Positions 48,162 through 59,182 of a stretch of 64,000 bases of DNA are shown piece by piece. A program made the translations under genes and the position numbers. The DNA lies in the NCBI RefSeq assembly GCF_000143415.4, contig NW_003314400.1:248001-312000 (forward strand). Direction: 5' to 3'. Positions within the stretch are counted from its first letter, which is position 1. Every line of letters starts with the position of its first letter. The notes under the pieces are model-generated. The model was given only the letters and a program-made list of their open reading frames with translations, was not told the origin of the DNA and ran no database searches. The DNA comes from Selaginella moellendorffii (lineage: Eukaryota > Plantae > Lycopodiophyta).

Positions 48162-50063
48162 CTATCCAGTGACAAGGCGGGGTTGAGGCGGTAGCATGCA
48201 CGAGTATGTCACGTACTTGACGCTATCCACCAAAACCACCACGAAAATTCGAGCCAGATCTTTCGATCCAGTCGATGGAACTTGCTTTGGATTGAAGATC
48301 GAGACGACCATCGAGGACGGCCGCTGGCTCTTCTCGGAGAAATTGCCTCCTCCTCCTGTGGAACTGGAGTTGAATTGCTTACCTCCTCCTGGCGAGGACG
48401 ACGATGGTCCTGGCGGAAGAGGCACCGCCGAGAGATTCCTGCGGTAGCTGCCGCTTCTCTTCGCAGAAGTCGTCGGGGATTCCTGCGGGGGCCGAGGTTC
48501 CGGACTTATCTCGAATTGGAATACCTCGTTGCAAGCACCAGTGCTGAAAGGTGTGCCTGGAAAGACGAGCAAGTTGTTAGTTAGCGCGAGATGTTCTTGC
48601 AAGACTTTACCTGCGAGATCATTCAAAATCTTTCGCTGAGGATCGTCGGTATCAACGTCGCTGGGTGGAAGCGCTCGAAATGCTATATCCTGGAACACCC
48701 CCGAGTTCAAGAGCGCTGGAGCGTGACTTGCACCGCTACGCTGAGCAGCGGTCGAAGTGGGAGAAGTGGAAGCCGACGAGTCCCTGCTGCTCGCAACGAA
48801 AACGCTCGCGGCTTTGTCCCCGGCCATGACTGCTTGGATGACGAGATCGCCATCTACTTTCACTACTTGGTTGTCGCGAGGGAACAGCAGCGACGCCGGA
48901 AACCGCTGAGTTGCGTTGCCATACGTGCTCACGTTAGCCGGAAACATACTCCCATCGATCACCGCTCCACTCTTGTCCTGCCGCTCACACTTGCTCTCTA
49001 GCTTGTAACCATCCCCTGGAGACCAGGCCAGCTTCGAAGATTCGTTGCGCTCGTCCTCCAAGCCCATCAAAACTCTACCACCTATCCTGGCTTGTGCTGG
49101 ATCCGACGAAACGTAGGCCCGAATCTGTCCAGTTCTCTGCGTCACCGGTATTCCCAGATCGAGAGGGAACACCAGCGCCATCACACAAAGCAACCCGAGA
49201 GCCGCCACACTCGCCAACTTCTTCGTTTTCCCAGAAGCTGTGGAGGACGTCGACGATGGTTTCTTCGTGGAATTCTCGTCTTTGGAAACCTTGGCACGCT
49301 TCACGCTCTTCACCGCCGAAGCTTGTGTCTTGAGTCGCGGGATCGGCACTGGAGGAGCACTGCTCCCGGGACGAAGAACGTATCCTCCGGGATACTGATA
49401 CACCGGCATTCCCATGGGAGGAGGAGGAGCGTAAGCTCCCGGCTTGCCACCACCATTCCTCGAGTGATAGTAGTACGCGAGCTGGTTGCGAAGATTCACA
49501 TTCTCGGCGCTGATGAGACTCACCGTGTTGTTAAGCTCGGCCACCGTCGCGTTGAGAGTCCGGACCCTTTCTTCCAGATCGTCCACATACGCTTTCTTTC
49601 TCTGCCGAGATAGCTGCGCGCTCTCCCTGTTACGCATCAACCTGGCCTTCCTTTTCACCTCTTCATCGTCGCCGCCATCGCCATCTTCTTGCTTCTCCTC
49701 CTGGGCGTACTCTACCTTGCGCTTGCCAAGCCTCTTGATAGGGCGGCTCGAGTTGGATTCTCCCGATGAGCTGGGCTTGTTGCTGTCGGATCCGGCCTCC
49801 TCATCCTTGATAATCTCCTCGCGGCTGGAGCTATTGCTGTGCTGCGTGATGGCGCTGCTGGGAGATCCCGTGGCCTCTTTCGGGAATGGCGGCCCCTCGA
49901 GAAATTCCGGCAGGAATTCCCCCAGAGAAGCTGAATCGCAGTCATCCAGAGGCGAGGAATTCTCCAGAAAGAGCGAGACCCAGTCCTGATCGTCCAGATT
50001 CTCTAGATCCTCTGGGAAATCTGCTGGATCGGGAAGATCCAAGAGCTCTGCATCTAGTGCCAT
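48162..50063 (-). CDS. ER-membrane-tethered bZIP (bZIP17/28-like)
   Basis: RLMRNRESAQLSRQRKK bZIP, TM KKLASVAALGLLCVMALVF and C-terminal RIFVVVLVDSVKYVTYSC. Probable 54-nt intron at 48557-48610. Confidence 0.92.
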   Translation of the reverse strand: MALDAELLDLPDPADFPEDLENLDDQDWVSLFLENSSPLDDCDSASLGEFLPEFLEGPPFPKEATGSPSSAITQHSNSSSREEIIKDEEAGSDSNKPSSSGESNSSRPIKRLGKRKVEYAQEEKQEDGDGGDDEEVKRKARLMRNRESAQLSRQRKKAYVDDLEERVRTLNATVAELNNTVSLISAENVNLRNQLAYYYHSRNGGGKPGAYAPPPPMGMPVYQYPGGYVLRPGSSAPPVPIPRLKTQASAVKSVKRAKVSKDENSTKKPSSTSSTASGKTKKLASVAALGLLCVMALVFPLDLGIPVTQRTGQIRAYVSSDPAQARIGGRVLMGLEDERNESSKLAWSPGDGYKLESKCERQDKSGAVIDGSMFPANVSTYGNATQRFPASLLFPRDNQVVKVDGDLVIQAVMAGDKAASVFVASSRDSSASTSPTSTAAQRSGASHAPALLNSGVFQDIAFRALPPSDVDTDDPQRKILNDLAGKVLQEHLALTNNLLVFPGTPFSTGACNEVFQFEISPEPRPPQESPTTSAKRSGSYRRNLSAVPLPPGPSSSSPGGGKQFNSSSTGGGGNFSEKSQRPSSMVVSIFNPKQVPSTGSKDLARIFVVVLVDSVKYVTYSCMLPPQPRLVTG

Positions 50064-50194
50064 GGCCAAACCTCGATCGAGCGCCGTGCCGGCCAAATCA
50101 CGCCATCGTTCGCTCCGAACCCTAACACTCGGGAATGAAATTCCTAGGCATATTTGTATATTCCAATGCCAGTTAATCTGGGCCGCTGGATCTC

Positions 50195-52486
50195 ATGGGC
50201 GGCATGACAGCCGTCGATCCTCCCGCGCTTGCCCTCTTCCAAGAGGAGTCCGCCATCGCCCGCGCCGTCAAGGAATGCGCCAGGCTCAAAGATCTCTCCA
50301 AGGCTCGCCGATTGGAATCGCTCGTCCAGCGCAGCGAGGAGCATGGATCCAGCAGATACCTTGCGAATTTGCTGGTGGAGATGTTTGGGAAATGCGGCAG
50401 CGTGGAGGACGCGCGCGCCGTTTTCGACCGGATCGAGCAGCCCAATGTCTTTTCCTGGAGCATCCTTCTCACGGCATACGTCCAGAACGGCGATCTGCGA
50501 GAGGCGGAGATGGTCTTCGATCGAATGCCGGATCGCAATGTCTTCTCCTGGACGACCATGATCACTGGCTACGCTTCCAGCGGCGATGTCGATCGCGCGA
50601 AGAAGATCTTCGACCGGATGCCAGAGCCCAATGTCGTCTCCTGGACGGCGATGCTCACAGCGTACTCGCAGAACGGGCTCATCAAGGAAGCGGCCGATCT
50701 GTTCGAATCCATGCCCGAGAGAACGATCGTCTCGTGGAACGCGATGCTAGCGGCGTTCGCCAAGAATGGATTCGTGGACGAGGCAAGAAAACTCTTCGAT
50801 TCAATGAAGCTGCGAGACACTGGATCTTGGAACATCATGCTCGCAGCATATGCCCAGAGTGGGCATCTTGGAGAGGCCGATACGATCCTCTCTCAGATGC
50901 TCGATGTGGATATGGTTTCCTGGAACACGATGATAGTCGCGTATGGAAACACTGGAGACATGGCTATGGCTAGAAAGATGTTCCAGGAGATGCCCAGGAG
51001 AGATGTGGTTACTTGGAACTCAATGATTGCGGCAAGCTCCGCGAATGGGCATTTGGAGGACGCGCGTTTCTACTTCGATTCGATGCCACAGAGGGATTCC
51101 GTGTCGTGGAACACGATGATCAAGGCGCTGGGGCAGCACGGCTATGTGGAAGAAGCCTACGCTCTCTTCAAATCGATCCCACAGAAGAACTTCCTCTCGT
51201 GGGTCGTGATTCTCACGGTTTACGCGCAAAGAGGCCGGATTGCCGACGCGAGAGCTATCTTCGATCGAATGCCCAAGGAGAATCTCATGCCTTGGAACAT
51301 CATGGTGGCAGCGTACGTAGAGAGCGGCCTCGTCGACGAGGCCAAGGAGTTTTTCGACCAGCTCATGCCGGAGCACAACGTCGTGTCTTGGAACGCGCTC
51401 ATCGCTGGCTACGCTCACCAGGGACGAGCGAACGAAGGAAAGCGGCTCTTTGATTCGATGATGGAGAAGAACCTCGTCACTCGCAACGCTCTTCTGCTGG
51501 CTTACACCGAAGCTGGCGATGTCCGAGCAGCAAAAGAGTTTTTTGAGACCATGCCCGAGAGAGATGTCGCGTCTTTCACGACGCTCATCGCAGGATATGG
51601 CCAGTCGGGCGACTTCCAGGCGGCAAAACGAGTTTTCGATCTTCTTCCACAGCCGGACATGATCTCGTGGAGCACCATGATCGCAGTTTACGCGCAGAAT
51701 GATCAACTCGCTTTAGCGGAGAAGATGTTCCACGGCTTGCCCGAGTGGGACGTGAAAGCTTGCAACGCGATTATAGTCGCTTACGGGCAGCACAACGAGC
51801 TGGAGAAGGCGATCTTCATGTTCGAGACGATGCCCAAGAAGGATATCGCGTCGTTCAATGCGATGGTTACTGCGTTTGCTCGATACGGTCACCTGGAAGA
51901 AGCCCGAGTTTTGTTTGAGAGGATGCCGAGGAGAGATAGAGTCTCCTGGACAGCTCTCGTCTCTTCGTACGCTCACGCAGGTCACCTCTGGACTGCTCGA
52001 AGTTTGTTCGAGAGAACTCTCGACCGGGACGTGATCATCTGGAACTTGATCGTCTCGGCTCTCGCATCCAGTGTGCAGTTCCAGGAGGCGTTTGAGATCT
52101 TCCGGGAGATGAGAATGGAAGGATTCAAGCCGGACGAGACCACTTTCATCGGGCTCTTGAGCGGTTGTAGCCATGGAGGCCTGCTGGAGGAGAGCTTGGC
52201 TTATCTCATGTCGATGCAAGGCGACCATGGATTGACGCCATCCTCGGAGCACTACTCCTGCTTCATCGACATTCTGGGACGAGTCGGGCAGCTGGAGAGG
52301 GCCGAGGACGTGATCTTCAACACGAAAGTTGCTCCAGTCGCGGTGAGAACGCTCTTGAGCGCCTGTAACGTTCATGGCGATTCTCGTTTTGGGAGCCGAG
52401 TTGCCGGAAGAGCTCTCAAGCTCGAGGATGACAGCAGTGTCGCGTATATCCTCCTCTCCAACATCTATGCTGCTGCCCCGACGTGA
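50195..52486 (+). CDS. PLS-class PPR protein with long array of short (31-aa) motifs and E-like end, no DYW
   Basis: Repeated FDRMP..NVVSW.AM..AY motifs, then PDETTFIGLLSGCSHGG, EHYSCFIDILGR and AYILLSNIYA. Confidence 0.95.
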   Translation: MGGMTAVDPPALALFQEESAIARAVKECARLKDLSKARRLESLVQRSEEHGSSRYLANLLVEMFGKCGSVEDARAVFDRIEQPNVFSWSILLTAYVQNGDLREAEMVFDRMPDRNVFSWTTMITGYASSGDVDRAKKIFDRMPEPNVVSWTAMLTAYSQNGLIKEAADLFESMPERTIVSWNAMLAAFAKNGFVDEARKLFDSMKLRDTGSWNIMLAAYAQSGHLGEADTILSQMLDVDMVSWNTMIVAYGNTGDMAMARKMFQEMPRRDVVTWNSMIAASSANGHLEDARFYFDSMPQRDSVSWNTMIKALGQHGYVEEAYALFKSIPQKNFLSWVVILTVYAQRGRIADARAIFDRMPKENLMPWNIMVAAYVESGLVDEAKEFFDQLMPEHNVVSWNALIAGYAHQGRANEGKRLFDSMMEKNLVTRNALLLAYTEAGDVRAAKEFFETMPERDVASFTTLIAGYGQSGDFQAAKRVFDLLPQPDMISWSTMIAVYAQNDQLALAEKMFHGLPEWDVKACNAIIVAYGQHNELEKAIFMFETMPKKDIASFNAMVTAFARYGHLEEARVLFERMPRRDRVSWTALVSSYAHAGHLWTARSLFERTLDRDVIIWNLIVSALASSVQFQEAFEIFREMRMEGFKPDETTFIGLLSGCSHGGLLEESLAYLMSMQGDHGLTPSSEHYSCFIDILGRVGQLERAEDVIFNTKVAPVAVRTLLSACNVHGDSRFGSRVAGRALKLEDDSSVAYILLSNIYAAAPT

Positions 52487-52769
52487 AAACTTCTGAAAGA
52501 AACTTGGAAGCGATGGATCCATTGATAGGTAGATCTCGCCACCGACAATCAAAGTTTCGATTCGCCTTTTTCTATTAGAAACTGGCCGTGAAGTGTAGGT
52601 GTGATTTCTTGAAGCTTTGCTAATCTGAGCTTCGCCAACACGGGAAGGAGGATTGACGCATCAGGAAACTTGACAAGAGTTTTTGCATGGAGTAATCGTC
52701 ACACTTGGCCCAACCTTATATACAGGCTTCCTCCAACAATACAAATCGACCTTGTACTAGTTCTACACC

Positions 52770-53069
52770 ATGAAGGCTGCTCTTGTTTTCCTTGTGTTCG
52801 TGTTTGTGTTTGCTACATTCGAGGTTTCATTCTCTTCTTTGAGGAGGGAGCTCTTGGCTTTGGATGGTGGAGTTGATGTCCAAGTTCTTCAACAAGATCC
52901 CAGTTCTCCTTTGCCTCCTCTCAGGTTGATGGACGATGATGATGATGATAAAGGCAAGCAGAAGAACAACAACAATAACAACAACAACAACATCAACATC
53001 AACATCAACGTCTGTCCGGGGCTTGCAAAGAACACTTCCGTGGATCATGTTGATTCAAAGAATATATAA
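52770..53069 (+). CDS. Putative small secreted protein (99 aa)
   Basis: ATG in good context after TATA-like sequences, signal peptide MKAALVFLVFVFVFATFEVSFS, RRELL, and poly-D and poly-N tracts. Confidence 0.5.
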   Translation: MKAALVFLVFVFVFATFEVSFSSLRRELLALDGGVDVQVLQQDPSSPLPPLRLMDDDDDDKGKQKNNNNNNNNNINININVCPGLAKNTSVDHVDSKNI

Positions 53070-53174
53070 CGAAGGACTAGAAAGAAGGAGAATGACAAGG
53101 ATGTGTTTAACATCCGAAATGGTTATATAGTCCGAGATGTAAGAAACGTTTGGGGTAATCTTAACATAGCTCCT

Positions 53175-53687
53175 TCATGACTTTTTTAGGATCCATGCCG
53201 CCGCCACCATGCAGCTTCCAAAAATCGTGGAAGCACCCAAGAGACTATTACCAATCTTTGTTCCCAGCAGTGAGGCATTTGTCGTTGCTGCGTCCTCAAA
53301 TGATCTCCCAAGTTCCACGCAAGCTTGCTCCAGTGGTCTCATTGCGGCGCCACCTTTTGCTAGTGATTCTCCAAGCTCAGCCCCGCCTGCTACCACAGGA
53401 TTTCCAGGTGCTTCTACTGCTTCCAGTGATTTCGCAACCAGAGCGCTACCTTTTACTGCCGCATCTAGAGAATTTCCAAACGCAGTACTGCCTGTTTCAA
53501 GAGATTTTCCAAGTGTGTGGATTGATCTTCCAAGACCTAAAGATATCGTGGTTGCGTCCATGGATCTTCCTGCTTCCAGTAGTTCGACCCTGGATTCCAG
53601 CCTTCTTAGCGATATGATCCCGCCGAGCCCAGCTCCTATAGCTATTCCTATGCAGCCAAATTTCACATCCTGCTTCCAGGCCCCCAT
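53175..53687 (-). CDS. Unknown 170-aa protein with terminal hydrophobic helices and LGxSLE repeats
   Basis: ATG preceded by AAA, single exon, repeated LG[RKEN]S[LF][ED] motif. Confidence 0.6.
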   Translation of the reverse strand: MGAWKQDVKFGCIGIAIGAGLGGIISLRRLESRVELLEAGRSMDATTISLGLGRSIHTLGKSLETGSTAFGNSLDAAVKGSALVAKSLEAVEAPGNPVVAGGAELGESLAKGGAAMRPLEQACVELGRSFEDAATTNASLLGTKIGNSLLGASTIFGSCMVAAAWILKKS

Positions 53688-53918
53688 TTGAGAATGTGCT
53701 TCGCAAACTATGTCTTTAATAGCATAGTGAGCTTTTTAAAGCTTTTTAGCAGCGCTTGAAGAGTTTTCATTCTAGCATATTCTCAGTCTATTTTAATCTT
53801 TGAACACATTTGACTCTAAAGCGTTGTGACTTTAAGGCCTAGGAAAGGATATGCGTTGATGTTAGTTTAAGCTGTCTCTGTTCATAAAAAACTTGTGCTC
53901 GATCGATCACTTGGGTTA

Positions 53919-55538
53919 ATGAAAGCAATGGGAGCGAAGGAGAGCAAGCCTCCTCTTTCTCGCAGGAGAACTCGCTCGTCCAGCGCAAAGGAGAAAGAGA
54001 ATGCTCCAGAGAGTAGTCAGCAAGTAGTAGACGATCATGGTGGGAGTCCAAGCAAAAAGCCAAAGCTTTCTCAAGATGATCAACACATGGCGCTGGCGAG
54101 AGCGGTGGAAGCCATATCCGAGGAGGAAAATGCAGCAGCTCAAGTAGCCAGCGATGGATCCATGGAGCAAGAAGCGGCAAATTCTAGCCTGGAAGTTCTC
54201 GTCACACTTCCAAATGCAAAGGTTTATCTCATGGATCACGATCAGGCTGGATCGGAAAGTGTTCTTCTCGCGTCTGGGGATCTTAGTGTCATAAGGATCG
54301 TCCAGAACGGTAGCGTGGTCGCAGCCATCGTCAAGCTCGGAGACGAGCTCCAGTGGCCGCTGGCGAAGGACGCTCCAGTCTTGAAGCTCAGCGAGAGTCA
54401 CTACATTTTTAGCTTGAGACTGCCAGTAACTGTGGAGGAGGATGAAGATGAGGATCAACCTTCCAGCGAAGGGAAAGAGGAGGTCTCGTTTAAGTCAAGC
54501 GCGGAAGTTCTCAACTATGGTGTCACCCTCCCTGGAGATGCGAGCCAGGAGCTTCTCAAGGAGCTGGATTTGGCCCTCGAAAGCTATAGCTCGCTGGTGC
54601 CAGTTCCAGCGCTCCTGAAAGATCAAGACGAGGAGGTCGTGGAGATGGTGCAAGATGACGGTAATCAAGGAATCGCTGGAGTGAAGCTCACAACGAAGAA
54701 GAAGAACTACTACTTGGAGCAACTGGCTCCCAACGCCGATGACTATCAAAGCGCGATCGCAAAGGCGATTGCCAGTGGCTCGGGGCATATCGTGCGAGGA
54801 ATTCTCTGGGTGAGCGAACTAATCGCGACGCAGATCGAGCGCAGTGGATTGTTGATGCAGCAGCACATCAAACCGAAAAAGAAGCCGTCAAAGATCAGCC
54901 CCAAGACAATGAAAAACATCCGGACGTAAGTTCTTGCGTTTACTAGCTTTGACTAGTGTTTTTACTGGCTCTTTGACTAGTGCCAAGCAAATCTCAAGGA
55001 TGACTGAGACGCTCGCGAGTGGTCTTCTCTCTGGAGTTGTCACTGCCACTGAATCGATCACTTCCTCTGTGCTGAAAACTAAGCCAGGGGCTGCATTGAT
55101 CGGGCTGTTGCGTGGAGAAGCCGCGATTGCCACTTTGGATGCCTTTGGTAAGCCAAGTTCTTCGCAATCTCTCCCAGAAAATGAATGATCACATTGTATG
55201 TGAGATCACAGTGAAAGTTTTCGATGCTTTGGAGCTGGCTGGGAAGAACGTCATGTCGCGAACAACTCTAGTAACTTGCCAAGTCGTATCACACAGGTAG
55301 ATTGATCACTGTTGTGCTTGATTGAATCAAGAGAAATTTTTGTTCTAGATACGGAGACGAGGCAGCCGCATTGACAAAAGAGGGGCTTTCAACCGCAGGC
55401 CATGTCGTCACTACTGCATGGAAAATCTCAAAAATTAGAACAGCCATGAATCCGGTGAAGGCTTCCACAAATCCAGTCTCGCTCAAAGCCGCCGCCATCG
55501 CCGCCGCTGAACAGCTCAAAGGCAAGAAGACCATGTAA
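53919..55538 (+). CDS. Senescence/spartin-domain protein (ERD7-like)
   Basis: QWPLAKDAPVLKL..HYIFSL, LAPNADDY..AIAKAIASGSGHIVRGILW, GEAAIATLDAF and VVSHRYG, with GT-AG introns. Confidence 0.88.
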
Positions 55539-55654
55539 CTCCCAGTTGAATTCTAACCGTCCGATGGATGTTAACTTAACCCTAATTTGAAAAAACTGTC
55601 AATGAATATACCGAGTATATTTCTCGAGGTTTAGGGTTCTTAGGCATTTTGGAA

Positions 55655-56943
55655 ATGACTCGCTACGCGCAGCTCGTGATCGGGCCGGCGGGCAGCGGCA
55701 AGGTGAGTCAGATTTTGCGTTTCCTGTGCTCAATCTCTGATCTCGATCTTGCAGTCGACGTATTGCTACCATTTGCAGCAGCATTGCAACACGATCGGGC
55801 GGAACCTGGATGTGATCAATCTCGATCCAGCGGCGGAGGATTTCAAATACGCGGTTGCTGCAGGTCTGTAAGGATTTCAGTGTTGCAAAGATATTAGTTT
55901 GGATCCATTTTTCATCAGATATAAGAGAGCTTGTTCCTCTGGAGGATGTGATGGAAGAATTTAACTATGGACCAAACGGAGGCCTCATCTATTGCATGGA
56001 GTAAGATTTGAGTAGAGCTTTCGTTCTACACAGGGATTTCTGGCTGACCATTTCTAGTGTAGATATCTTGAGGAGAATATGGACGACTGGCTTGCAGAGA
56101 AACTAGAAGACTATATCGACGATGACTACGTTGTCTTCGACTGTCCAGGTTTGTGGTAGTTTCTCTTCACTAGTTTTAGTTGTAGTGATTACACAGGTCA
56201 GATTGAGCTCTACACACACATCCCCGTGTTTAAAAGCCTCGTCGAGCAACTTAAGCGCTGGGATTTTAATCTGTGCGCTGTCTACCTCCTTGATTCTCAG
56301 GTAGCTCTACTCGGATTGATTTGGTGTATCACAGGCAGAAGTTTGCTTTTGTTCTTGTGCAGTTTGTTTCTGATGTTACCAAGTATATAAGTGGATGCCT
56401 GTCGTCCTTGTCTGCTATGGTCCAACTCGAACTTCCTCATGTGAATGTCCTCACGAAGATGGATCTCGTGGCCAAGAAAAAAGACATCGAAGAGTACGTG
56501 CTACCTATCCAGTATACTTACTTCGTTTTCACAATTTTGTGTGTAGCTACCTTGACCCTGATCCGGTTTTCCTACTGTCGGAGATGAATGCAAATACCGC
56601 TCCACGATACGGAAAGCTCAACGCCGCACTCGCAGAATTGGTTTGTTTTTTCCCACAAGTTTTGTAATTATTTACAGCTTCTGCTTCCGGCAGATTGACG
56701 ATTACAGGATGGTCAACTTCGTACCTCTGGACGTCACAAGCGAAGACAGGTACGCCATTTTTTTACCTGTGGGAATTGTGTGATTGAATGGCTCCTTGCA
56801 GTTTGCAGTATCTTCTCTCCACTATCGACAATGCGATTCAGTATGGAGAGAACAGTGAAGTCAAGATAAAGGACTACGATCCTGATATCGGCGATGGCAT
56901 GTCGTTCAACATGGATGCTGATATCGAGACAGATAACTTCTAA
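55655..56943 (+). CDS. GPN3: GPN-loop GTPase 3
   Basis: [65 protein letters not shown] and AIQYGE. Many short introns. Confidence 0.93.
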
Positions 56944-56974
56944 CGTCTAGTAGTATGTAACATACTTTCCGGTG

Positions 56975-58909
56975 CTAATTCAGTTTCGAAATGTTGTATA
57001 GCAGTACATAGGCCGCAGAATTTCGGGGTTCTGCATCCAACAGCTGCTTTGCTGCTAGAGCACCATATTCCTTGTCAGTGTGGACCTCACAAGCACCAAG
57101 TAGGCTCCTCCAGGCTGAAGCATCAGGTTGAACCGGCATGGCAGACATGAAGCTTGCAGCTTGCTTCACCCGGCCGGACTTGGCGAGCAAGTTGACCATG
57201 CATCCGTAGTGCTCGGGAGTTGGCTCTAGATGGTGGTCTCCCTGCATGGAGAGAAAGTAGCTCCATCCTTCGTCGGCCAGTCCGGCATGAGAGCAGGCAT
57301 GAAGAACAGAAGTGAACGTAACAATATTCGGCAGCACTCCGTCCTGATTCATCGTCCAGAACAGGTTGCGAGCTCTGTCTTCTTCGCCGTTCCGTGCATA
57401 AGCCGCAACAATTGAAGACCAGGAAACAACGTTTTTGCTTGCGACACTCTCGAAAGCAGTTTGAGCGGCCTCCAAGTTTCCACAGCCTCCATACAGACAT
57501 ATAAGAGAGTTTTTTACGACATCCGAGCAGCATCCAGTGGCAAGACTGCGAGAGTGGACTTCTCGGCCCGTGGTAAAGTCACCAAGATTGGCACAGACAG
57601 CAAGAACAGTACCGTAAGTAACGTCGCTTGCTTTTATCCCTTCTTGATTCATTCTGTGGTATATTTGCAGGGCCTCGAGATTGAGATCCTCCTGTGCGTT
57701 GGCTACTATCATGGTGTTCCAGGTGATCACGTTGGTAGTGCGGTTTGTTGCCTCGATAAACACTCTCGTCGCGTTTTCGAGGCTTCCACACTTGGCATAC
57801 ATGTTGATGAGCGCGTTGACGACGGACGTGTGGGACAGGTATCCTCTAGCAGCAGCTTCTCTGTGGAGTGACGATCCCCTTTCCATTTTGCAGGTGCTCG
57901 AACAAGAGTCCAGGAGAGTGATGAGCGTGACATCGTTCGGCGGCATTTGATTCTCCACCATCTCCAGGTACAATGCAAACGCTTTCTCCTCGCAATGGTT
58001 CTGTGCATACGCTCCGATCATTGCATTCCAGCAAACAATGTCTTTGTCCAGTATCCGATCAAACACCTGCCTTGCGTCTTCTACAGCCTCGCATTTTCCA
58101 TAAAAGCTCACCACTGCAGTTCCCACAAACACATCCGTCTCTACTCCACTTGCAACTATCCTCTCGTGAATTGCCTTTCCTTCTACCAGTGCTCTCAGGC
58201 TCGCACAAGCCTCCAGGACGCTAATGAGCGTCACTGCATCGGGCCTGGAAAACTCTTGTTCCATTCTTCTGTATAACTGAAGAGCTTCTAGAGGATACCC
58301 TGCGTGGGCATACGCAGAGATAATTATTGTCCATGACACAACATCTCTGAAAACCATTCTCTCGAAAACCAGCCTTGCTTCGTCCAGACTCTCACAAGTC
58401 GTATACATGTTTAGAAGTGCATTGCTTGTTATTATGTCACTCTCTAGTCCTTTAGTTCTAATTCTCTCGTGAATTGTTTTCCCCAGACTCAAGTCCCCAG
58501 TCACGGAGCAGGCACCGAGAAGGCTGATGAAGGTGATCTTGTTGGCCTCAGTGCCTTCAAGATCCATGGACTTCAGAAGCTCCAGGCCTTCGCTCGCCTC
58601 ACCATTCTGGACAAGAAGCGAGATGAGTATCGTCCAGGAGAACACGTTCCGCTGGTGGATCCCTTGAAAAGCAGCTCGAGCGTCGTCCAGGCTTCCACAC
58701 CTTCCATACATTTGCACCAAGAGATTTCCCAGGTACGTATCCCCGTCGAGACCATTAGAGATCATCTGCGAGTGAACCTGTCTGCCATCCGTGAGTGACT
58801 TGGAGTTTCCATACTGCTTGAGAAGAGCTTCGTATGTGTCTATCATCTCCTTCCTCCTCCATCTGGAATCTGCCGTGAGAGTTAGAGTTCCCGGAGTTAC
58901 TGCATTCAT
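56975..58909 (-). CDS. PLS-E class PPR protein
   Basis: P-L-S triplets, then LHACSHAG, PEHYGCMVNLL, WRSLLGAC and AYVLLYNI. Confidence 0.95.
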   Translation of the reverse strand: MNAVTPGTLTLTADSRWRRKEMIDTYEALLKQYGNSKSLTDGRQVHSQMISNGLDGDTYLGNLLVQMYGRCGSLDDARAAFQGIHQRNVFSWTILISLLVQNGEASEGLELLKSMDLEGTEANKITFISLLGACSVTGDLSLGKTIHERIRTKGLESDIITSNALLNMYTTCESLDEARLVFERMVFRDVVSWTIIISAYAHAGYPLEALQLYRRMEQEFSRPDAVTLISVLEACASLRALVEGKAIHERIVASGVETDVFVGTAVVSFYGKCEAVEDARQVFDRILDKDIVCWNAMIGAYAQNHCEEKAFALYLEMVENQMPPNDVTLITLLDSCSSTCKMERGSSLHREAAARGYLSHTSVVNALINMYAKCGSLENATRVFIEATNRTTNVITWNTMIVANAQEDLNLEALQIYHRMNQEGIKASDVTYGTVLAVCANLGDFTTGREVHSRSLATGCCSDVVKNSLICLYGGCGNLEAAQTAFESVASKNVVSWSSIVAAYARNGEEDRARNLFWTMNQDGVLPNIVTFTSVLHACSHAGLADEGWSYFLSMQGDHHLEPTPEHYGCMVNLLAKSGRVKQAASFMSAMPVQPDASAWRSLLGACEVHTDKEYGALAAKQLLDAEPRNSAAYVLLYNISKLN

Positions 58910-59182
58910 TCTTAACTTCTAAGCCCGGCCTGGAGTTTTCTCCCCGCTATTCGTATATTCCGTCGAAGAACATTTCCAGGCCTGGAGTTGGAATGCCCCT
59001 TTCTTGATGCATGCACGTTTGTTTTGTGAGCAAGCTTTGTCCAATTGCATTGCCCACTATAAACCAAAAAAGCCTGTCAGCCTGTCGACTCATAATTGTC
59101 GTTTTTACCTTTTATTTTTCTCTTTTGTAGGGAGTGAAGCTGAGAAGCCCAAACAGTGAATCACACTCTATCAATCTCAAGG

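Noticed and set aside
48557-48610. In-frame 54-nt segment in the bZIP as a novel insertion
   Set aside because: It has GT..AG ends and a CTAAC branch-like site where bZIP17/28 genes have an intron, so it is most likely an ordinary 3n intron.
50229-52552. Long antisense and alternate-frame ORFs over the PPR, bZIP, ASPM and copia genes
   Set aside because: These are shadow ORFs from GC-rich codon usage and repetitive coding sequence, with no recognisable motifs.
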